From the NCBI GenBank assembly GCA_964247135.1, contig CAXTTL010000058.1, positions 1 to 21,938 on the forward strand: DNA of 21,938 nt, given 5' to 3'. Position numbers and translations under genes: made by a program. The notes below the pieces were generated by a model, which saw nothing but the letters and a program-made list of their open reading frames with translations, ran no database searches and was not told the origin of the DNA. This DNA comes from an uncultured Deinococcales bacterium (lineage in GTDB: Bacteria > Deinococcota > Deinococci > Deinococcales > JAAFIG01). Below are positions 16,197-21,938 of the stretch, one piece after another (the first letter of the stretch is position 1; every line of letters starts with the position of its first letter).

Positions 16197-17449
16197 GGCT
16201 CGAGGATGATTTGGTTTGGTTCGAGCGTCAGTGTGATGTTGTTCGGACTGACGCAGACTTGGTTGCGTCCGTTTTGCTTGGCGGTGTACATGGCTTTGTC
16301 GGCACGGTCAAGCACCACCTCTGGCATTTCAGAACCGTCGGTTTGCGTGATGCCGGCGCTGAACGTCTGGCTATACGGAATCACGGTGCTCAGGCGCTCG
16401 AGTAAAACTTGGGCTTGCTCGAGATCACAATTTTCAAACGCCACCACGAATTCTTCGCCGCCGTAACGGGCAATAAAATCGTTCACTCGGAAACTGCCGC
16501 GCAACAAAACACCCATTTCGCGCAGCAAGGCATCACCCTCGAGATGCCCGCGCGTGTCGTTGAAACGTTTGAAATGGTCAAGGTCGATCATGGCGACCGT
16601 CAGGGGTTGCCCATTGCGTTTTGCCCGCTCGAGTTGCTGTGGGAATTCTTCGTTCCAGGCGCGACGGTTGGTTAAATTGGTCAAACTGTCGGTACGAGCC
16701 AACTCCTCGAGTTGTTGCAGCAATTTGGCGCGTTGCTGCCAAAAATTCCAGGCGATCAACGAAAACATCAAAATTCCCGCCAGCGCAAAGCCAAAAAACC
16801 AGAGCAAACGGGTGAACAAGACCTGATCGGTGCGTTGGCGTTGGACGGCTTCGGTTTGGGCGCGGATGGCAATAGTTTCAGCCAAGGTGGTGATCGAAAC
16901 GTTCAAAACCCGAAACAAATCGATTTCGCTGTTCAAGATGAGGTCAGAAGCTTGCTGCATCAACTTTGGGTTGCCAGTTCGGTACATGGCAATAATGGTT
17001 TGATCCAAGGCAATAAATTCTTGAAAGCGCCTTCTGGCGGTGCGCAATTGCTCGCGTTCCAAAACTGGCAAAACTTCAGCCCTCAGCTCGAGCGAGGACA
17101 ATTGCTGGCTCAGCGCCTTACTCGAGTTCAAAAACTTCACCCGCGCCGGCGAGCTGTCGAGCAAGGCTTTTTGTGAACCACGGGTGATCTCGAAGGCGTA
17201 AGCGGTCTGCCAGCCGTTCAATTCGGCTGCCAAAGACTTGGCTTGCAGCGCCACCCGAGACAACTCGTTGACCCGAGCCAGTTCGGTGTTGCTTTGATCG
17301 CGCGAGACGCTGCTGTTGGCGGCGGTCACCAAACCAAGAACCAAAAAAGCAATCACGCTCAAAAACAACGCGAAACTGAGTGCTCGAATTTGCCAGCCGA
17401 CGCGTACCTTTACCAAAGGGTTCCTCGAGTCCAAAAGTTCGTTTGTCAT
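16193..17449 (-). CDS. Membrane-anchored diguanylate cyclase (GGDEF) with extracytoplasmic helical sensor
   Basis: Two TM helices flanking about 170 aa; TDSLTNLTNRR, DLDHFKRFND, I-site RVND, RYGGEEF, ADKAMYTAKQNGRN. Start uncertain (17449 chosen; the ORF is open to 17572). Confidence 0.9.
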   Translation of the reverse strand: MTNELLDSRNPLVKVRVGWQIRALSFALFLSVIAFLVLGLVTAANSSVSRDQSNTELARVNELSRVALQAKSLAAELNGWQTAYAFEITRGSQKALLDSSPARVKFLNSSKALSQQLSSLELRAEVLPVLEREQLRTARRRFQEFIALDQTIIAMYRTGNPKLMQQASDLILNSEIDLFRVLNVSITTLAETIAIRAQTEAVQRQRTDQVLFTRLLWFFGFALAGILMFSLIAWNFWQQRAKLLQQLEELARTDSLTNLTNRRAWNEEFPQQLERAKRNGQPLTVAMIDLDHFKRFNDTRGHLEGDALLREMGVLLRGSFRVNDFIARYGGEEFVVAFENCDLEQAQVLLERLSTVIPYSQTFSAGITQTDGSEMPEVVLDRADKAMYTAKQNGRNQVCVSPNNITLTLEPNQIILEP

Positions 17450-17698
17450 TTGTTTGGGGTCTGTTTTGACAAACCAACGCTTTTCGAGTTTAACGCGAAA
17501 AGCGTTCAACCGTGGCATGGAGATTGGTTTTTGCCAGAACCCGTCGTTCACACCTGGCATTTTGATGCTCAATCATGAATTCTTGACGAAGTTCACTTCA
17601 ACCAAACTTGTCCGTGTTCCTAAAGTCCGCTCATCCACGCACTCGAGCTTGGGTTGCAGACAGCATTTAAAATGGCTGACTTGGTGATAATCTTGGTC

Positions 17699-20600
17699 AT
17701 GCAGCAAAGCGGTATCGCGTCTGACCCGATTGCCAATTTACAACAGACTTCCAAAGACGCCCTGGCGGGTCAGGCTCGAGCCGTGTTGATCGAGGGGTCG
17801 GCAGGGCTTGGTAAAAGCCATACGTTAAGAACATTCGCCTCCATGCCCAAGGGTTTGGTCTTGACGGCTGAGGGCAAAAATTGGCTGACCACCGTGCTGG
17901 GTTTGTGCAAAAGCCAACTCGAGTTTGAACGCGACAGCACTTTTCTCGAGGCAGCCAGACGGGTTGCGCCGAGCGCCGGTTATGCCCAAGTCGCGCAAGC
18001 CCAAGATTTTGCCGATCAAAACGCACTCTGGAACACCATCGCCTTTGCCCTCGAGCGATTGGCGAAACGCGTCGGCGGTTTGAGCCTGCTGCTCGAGGAT
18101 GCCCACAATGCCAGCCAGGATGACCTTGGGGCGTTGCGAGCCTTCTATCGCCGCGCCATGCTCGGACGCGCCCCCGTTTTGATCGTGCTGACCACCCGCC
18201 CGACCGAACAAGACTTGCTCGAGGGTTTTGCCCAGGATGCCGCCATCGCCAACGGCATCGAACCGAGCCGAATCAGCCTCTCGAGCCTGGCTGAGACTGG
18301 TGTTCATGCCCTGGCGAGAGAACATTTGCATTCGGAATTCTTACCCGACAACCTCAGCGCCTGGTTGTACGCCCGAGCCGAAGGACACCCGCTGCACACC
18401 CTCGAGTTGCTGCGGTTCTTGCAAGACGGCGGCGCACTGCAAGATTTGGGCATCAGTTGGATTTTTGAAGCCCCCAAAGGCAAAGCCATTCCCAAGAACT
18501 TAAACGCCATTTTGACGGCTCGGGTTGCCAATGCAAAACGCGACACACGGGCTTGGAAGGCACTGGCGGCGCTCAGCGTGCTCGAGCGCGAATGCCGCCT
18601 AACCGACTGGGCAAAACTGTGTGGACAAACCGAAACCAACTTGCTCGAGCTTGCCAACCGACTCGAGTACCTGGGTTTGGTCAGGGAGAATTTGGTCGCG
18701 GGTCAAACGGTGTATGCGGTTGCGCACCCCTTGTACCCGCCCTTGGTACGGGCGCAACTCGAGCCGAATGAGCTTGAAAACCTGCACCGCAACGCCGTAA
18801 ACGTTGCCGCAAACCTTGGTGAACGCGCCAGACACGCCATCGCCTGCCATCACGAACAAGCCCTCGGGTTTTCCCAGGCGGCACTCGAGGAGGCAACAAC
18901 ACGATTTGCCTACCAGGAGGTGATCGAACACGCCGAGGCTTTGCTGAGCCTTGGGGTTGCCGATCACAACAGTGTCAGGCTGGCGCTCGCCAATGCTTTG
19001 TTCATTCAGGGACGAACCCAACGGGCGCTCGAGGTTTCAAACGAATCGACGGAAACCGCTTTGGTCTTGAAAACCCGATTTCACATTCAAATGCGTCTTG
19101 GGCATTTTGCCGATACGCTCGAGACGGCACGAAAACTCAAAAAATATCCCGATCACACGCTCGATGCCCTGACCAACGAGGCACTTGCCTTGATGCACCT
19201 CGAGCGTTTTGATGAGGCACATTTCTTGATTGAAAACTTGCTTCGCCAGTTTCCCAAACCCAGCGTCGAACACGGCAAAGCCTTGGATATTCTCTCCGAC
19301 ATTGTTTACTCGCAAGGCGACCTGCGGGCTTCGCTCGAGGTTGGAATGCGGGCGGCAAAGATGCTGCGCGAGTTTGGGGATTTCAAAAATCTGGCGATCA
19401 CGCTCTCGAACCTTGGCGGTTGCTGCACGCATTTTGGTCTGTGGGAACGGGGGCGTGAGGTTCTCGAGGAAGCGATTGTGTTGTTCAGCAACCAAGGGCA
19501 GTTTCATCATTTGATGTTTGCCCGCAGCAACCTTGGGTTTTTGATGGTCGGTAACGCCGCCTATTCGCAAGCCCGAGGTTTGCTTCTCGGCGTGCATCAA
19601 CAAGCCCGTGCGGCAAAAGAGGCTCGGGTTGAGGCGTCGGCACTCTCGAGCTTGGCTGATTTGGAATGGCAAAGTGGAAATTTTGATCTGGCGTTCGCCT
19701 ACAACCAACAATCGAGCTTGATCGGCACGCGCGAATCGGAAAGCCTGATCGACCTCGCGCACCTCGAGGCGTTGCGCGGCAAGCTGCAAGTTGCGCTCGA
19801 GTCGATTGACGCGCCGCAAGTCGCTTTTCACATCGACAAAAGCCCAAAACGGGCGCGAATTGCCCTGCTGGCTGGTCGTTTTGAACAAGCCTTGCAGATA
19901 TTGACCGAGGCACAAAACCCTGACAACCATGACACGCTCAAAGCGCAATTGCGTTTGCTGGGCGGTTTGGCGAAGTTCAAACTGAACCGTGTCGAACAAG
20001 CCAAAATCGACTTGAGCCAAGCCGAAGCACTGGCATTGTCCGGCAAAAACCGAGCCGTGGCGCTCGAGGCGAGGCTGGCACTGAATTTGATCGCCAATCA
20101 AACCAGCGCCGCCGAACAAAACATTCGTGACCTCGGGGAACTTGACGCTCTGGGTCACGTCAAAATCTTAAAAATGATTCTCGAGCCTGTCTGGCTAAAA
20201 ACCAAATCGACCGCCGATAAAAGCGCAAATCCTGAATATTCGACCTTAATCACCCTGGGCGCATTTTCTCTCGAGCGTGACGGCAAAACCACCCCCTGGA
20301 AAGCCAGCAAAACCCGCGAGTTGCTGGCGGTGTTGCTGGTCGCGTACCTGCGCGAGGGTGGTCCGAAAATCTCCAAAACCCAGATTATTGATACGCTCTG
20401 GCAAGACGAAATCGGTGATGCCAACACCGAAAGCAAATTCCGCATGACTTTAAAGCGTCTTCGTGAAGCGCTCGGCACTGCCGCGAACCTCGAGAACAAC
20501 CAAGGCATCTGCAAGCTGCAAAACCTCAAAGCCGATGTGGTGTTCTTCCTCGAGTCGCTCGAGCGCCTGGATTTTGACGCGGCGCTGGGTTGGTACAAGG

Positions 20601-20890
20601 GCGAGTTCTTGCCAGGCATTGACGTTCCAGGCTGCGAACTTATTCGCGCTCAACTCTGGCAGCGATTTCGGGACACCGCCATCAAACTCAGTTTTGAAAC
20701 CCCGAACCCCAACTTGCTCGAGAAACTCCATCAACTCGAACCGCTCGATGTTGGCATTCTCGAGCGTTACCTGCAATTGATCTCGGGTGATGCGTTCCGA
20801 ACCCAGCAAACGTTATCTCGAGCCAGAAATGTTTTCGAGCGCGAAACGGGTGAGATTCCCAAAGAGCTGGCGTTTCTGGCACGAAGCTGA
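17699..20890 (+). CDS. STAND (AAA_16-type) ATPase-TPR regulator with C-terminal wHTH/BTAD-like domain
   Basis: Walker A EGSAGLGKS, LLLEDAH, AEGHPL, AHPLY, TPRs. C-terminus ITLGAFSL...KTRELLAVL...IIDTLW...LKRLREALG...YKGEFLPG is SARP-like. Start ATG 17699 lies 5 nt after extended -10 TGaTAATCT. Confidence 0.88.
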   Translation: MQQSGIASDPIANLQQTSKDALAGQARAVLIEGSAGLGKSHTLRTFASMPKGLVLTAEGKNWLTTVLGLCKSQLEFERDSTFLEAARRVAPSAGYAQVAQAQDFADQNALWNTIAFALERLAKRVGGLSLLLEDAHNASQDDLGALRAFYRRAMLGRAPVLIVLTTRPTEQDLLEGFAQDAAIANGIEPSRISLSSLAETGVHALAREHLHSEFLPDNLSAWLYARAEGHPLHTLELLRFLQDGGALQDLGISWIFEAPKGKAIPKNLNAILTARVANAKRDTRAWKALAALSVLERECRLTDWAKLCGQTETNLLELANRLEYLGLVRENLVAGQTVYAVAHPLYPPLVRAQLEPNELENLHRNAVNVAANLGERARHAIACHHEQALGFSQAALEEATTRFAYQEVIEHAEALLSLGVADHNSVRLALANALFIQGRTQRALEVSNESTETALVLKTRFHIQMRLGHFADTLETARKLKKYPDHTLDALTNEALALMHLERFDEAHFLIENLLRQFPKPSVEHGKALDILSDIVYSQGDLRASLEVGMRAAKMLREFGDFKNLAITLSNLGGCCTHFGLWERGREVLEEAIVLFSNQGQFHHLMFARSNLGFLMVGNAAYSQARGLLLGVHQQARAAKEARVEASALSSLADLEWQSGNFDLAFAYNQQSSLIGTRESESLIDLAHLEALRGKLQVALESIDAPQVAFHIDKSPKRARIALLAGRFEQALQILTEAQNPDNHDTLKAQLRLLGGLAKFKLNRVEQAKIDLSQAEALALSGKNRAVALEARLALNLIANQTSAAEQNIRDLGELDALGHVKILKMILEPVWLKTKSTADKSANPEYSTLITLGAFSLERDGKTTPWKASKTRELLAVLLVAYLREGGPKISKTQIIDTLWQDEIGDANTESKFRMTLKRLREALGTAANLENNQGICKLQNLKADVVFFLESLERLDFDAALGWYKGEFLPGIDVPGCELIRAQLWQRFRDTAIKLSFETPNPNLLEKLHQLEPLDVGILERYLQLISGDAFRTQQTLSRARNVFERETGEIPKELAFLARS

Positions 20891-20899
20891 TTGCGCGTC

Positions 20900-20953
20900 T
20901 GTAACGAACTTTTGGGTTTTGTTACGCCAAGTGTTACGCCCCATTTTTAAACT
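20900..20953 (+). promoter_or_regulatory. Repeat operator and -10 upstream of the lipoprotein gene
   Basis: TGTTACGCC direct repeats at 20920-20928 and 20932-20940, inverted GTAAC at 20901-20905, TAAACT at 20948-20953. Confidence 0.6.
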
Positions 20954-20989
20954 TTCTTAACTCGAGAAACTTTGAGCGAAAGGGAGCTT

Positions 20990-21938
20990 ATGAAAAAAAT
21001 CTTGCTTGCTGTTCCACTGCTCGCTGCACTGGTCGCCTGCCCAGATACCACCACACCACCCACCAATCCAACACTCTCGAGCATCCTGCTAAGTTGCACA
21101 CCCGCCAGCATTGCCGTTGCCGTCACCAGCACTTGCGGCGCCATTGGCAAAGACTCGAGCGGCACGGCATTGATCACGCAACCCGCCTTCAGTTTTAATT
21201 CGAGCGACACGACCAAAGCCACAGTCTCGAGCGCGGGCGTGGTGACGGGCGTTGCGGCTGGAAACCCGAGTGTGACTGCCTCGAGTGCTGGGATTACCTC
21301 GAATGCCATTGCGTTTACGGTGACGGGCGGCACAACCACCACAGGCGGCACGATCATCACACCACCTGCTGCGGCTGGGACAAACGTGCAAGTGTTCGTT
21401 TTGGGAATCAACAACGCGGGTCACGTTTTGTACAGCACAGACGGCTTAAACCTTCCCAATCCGGCTCTGCATAAAGTGTGGCTTTACAACGGCTTGAGCA
21501 GCAACGAAATTGTTTTTTCAGACCTTAAAAAGACCATCGAAGACGGCGGTTGTTTGACCAGCGACGATTCCGTGTTTTTAAGATACGGCAACGATGCGAA
21601 CAGCAACGCCACCGCCATTGGATTTTGGAATGGCTCGAGCGCCAGCAAGGTTTTTCAAATGCCGCTGGCAGGCAACGGATTTCCAGACAAAGGAACACTG
21701 CTGGGTTGCAACGACAACAAACTGGTTGTGTTCGCAAACGTGAGCGCCGCCGATGCAAAATGGGTCAAAACCTGGAAACCAGGCGATGCCGATGTCACCA
21801 CTTTTGCGAACGAAGACGGAAACATCAACTTTGGTGTTCAAAACAACTCGGGTGTTGCCTCGAGCGGTGCGTTTTTGACCCGCCAAAACAAGGTGTTTGG
21901 AGTCCGTAACGGCACAACTTGGACGGCATTTTCACCAG
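20990..21938 (+). CDS. Lipoprotein with Ig-like (Big_2-type) domain, truncated by the window edge
   Basis: Not in the ORF track; RBS AGGGAG. MKKILLAVPLLAALVAC lipobox, then FSFNSSDTTKATVSSAGVVTGVAAGNPSVTASS (Big_2 pattern), a Thr/Gly linker and a beta-rich domain; frame open to the end. Confidence 0.88.
   Translation, partial: MKKILLAVPLLAALVACPDTTTPPTNPTLSSILLSCTPASIAVAVTSTCGAIGKDSSGTALITQPAFSFNSSDTTKATVSSAGVVTGVAAGNPSVTASSAGITSNAIAFTVTGGTTTTGGTIITPPAAAGTNVQVFVLGINNAGHVLYSTDGLNLPNPALHKVWLYNGLSSNEIVFSDLKKTIEDGGCLTSDDSVFLRYGNDANSNATAIGFWNGSSASKVFQMPLAGNGFPDKGTLLGCNDNKLVVFANVSAADAKWVKTWKPGDADVTTFANEDGNINFGVQNNSGVASSGAFLTRQNKVFGVRNGTTWTAFSP

Noticed and set aside
20947-21909. Minus-strand ORFs at the right end
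   Set aside because: Antisense to the lipoprotein starting at 20990, which has an RBS, lipobox and Ig-like motif.

Overview
Bacterial accessory region, probably from a Deinococcota genome (inferred from lipoprotein style, leaderless -10/ATG promoters and gene content; not verified). The left end holds a partial peptide-export locus: a double-glycine-leader precursor with a Gly/Ser/Cys/Lys-rich core, followed by a C39-peptidase ABC transporter that is missing from the ORF track. Next come a divergent ParB/sulfiredoxin-motif hypothetical protein and an unannotated 43-aa YxxPxL-motif peptide behind a delta-60-repeat lipoprotein. The middle has a SARP/BTAD-NB-ARC-TPR regulator, two downstream promoters sharing a 27-bp repeat motif (acyl-ACP-reductase-like + NDH-2-like operon; 233-aa hypothetical), an SDR/TetR pair, and a GGDEF / P-loop kinase / SdhL-type shikimate dehydrogenase / secreted alpha-beta hydrolase cluster. 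The right end has a second STAND-TPR-BTAD regulator followed by a repeat-containing promoter and an Ig-domain lipoprotein. The palindrome CTCGAG occurs about 160 times by hand count (about 1 per 135 bp), a HIP1-like over-representation. No rRNA, tRNA, CRISPR array or transposase was seen.
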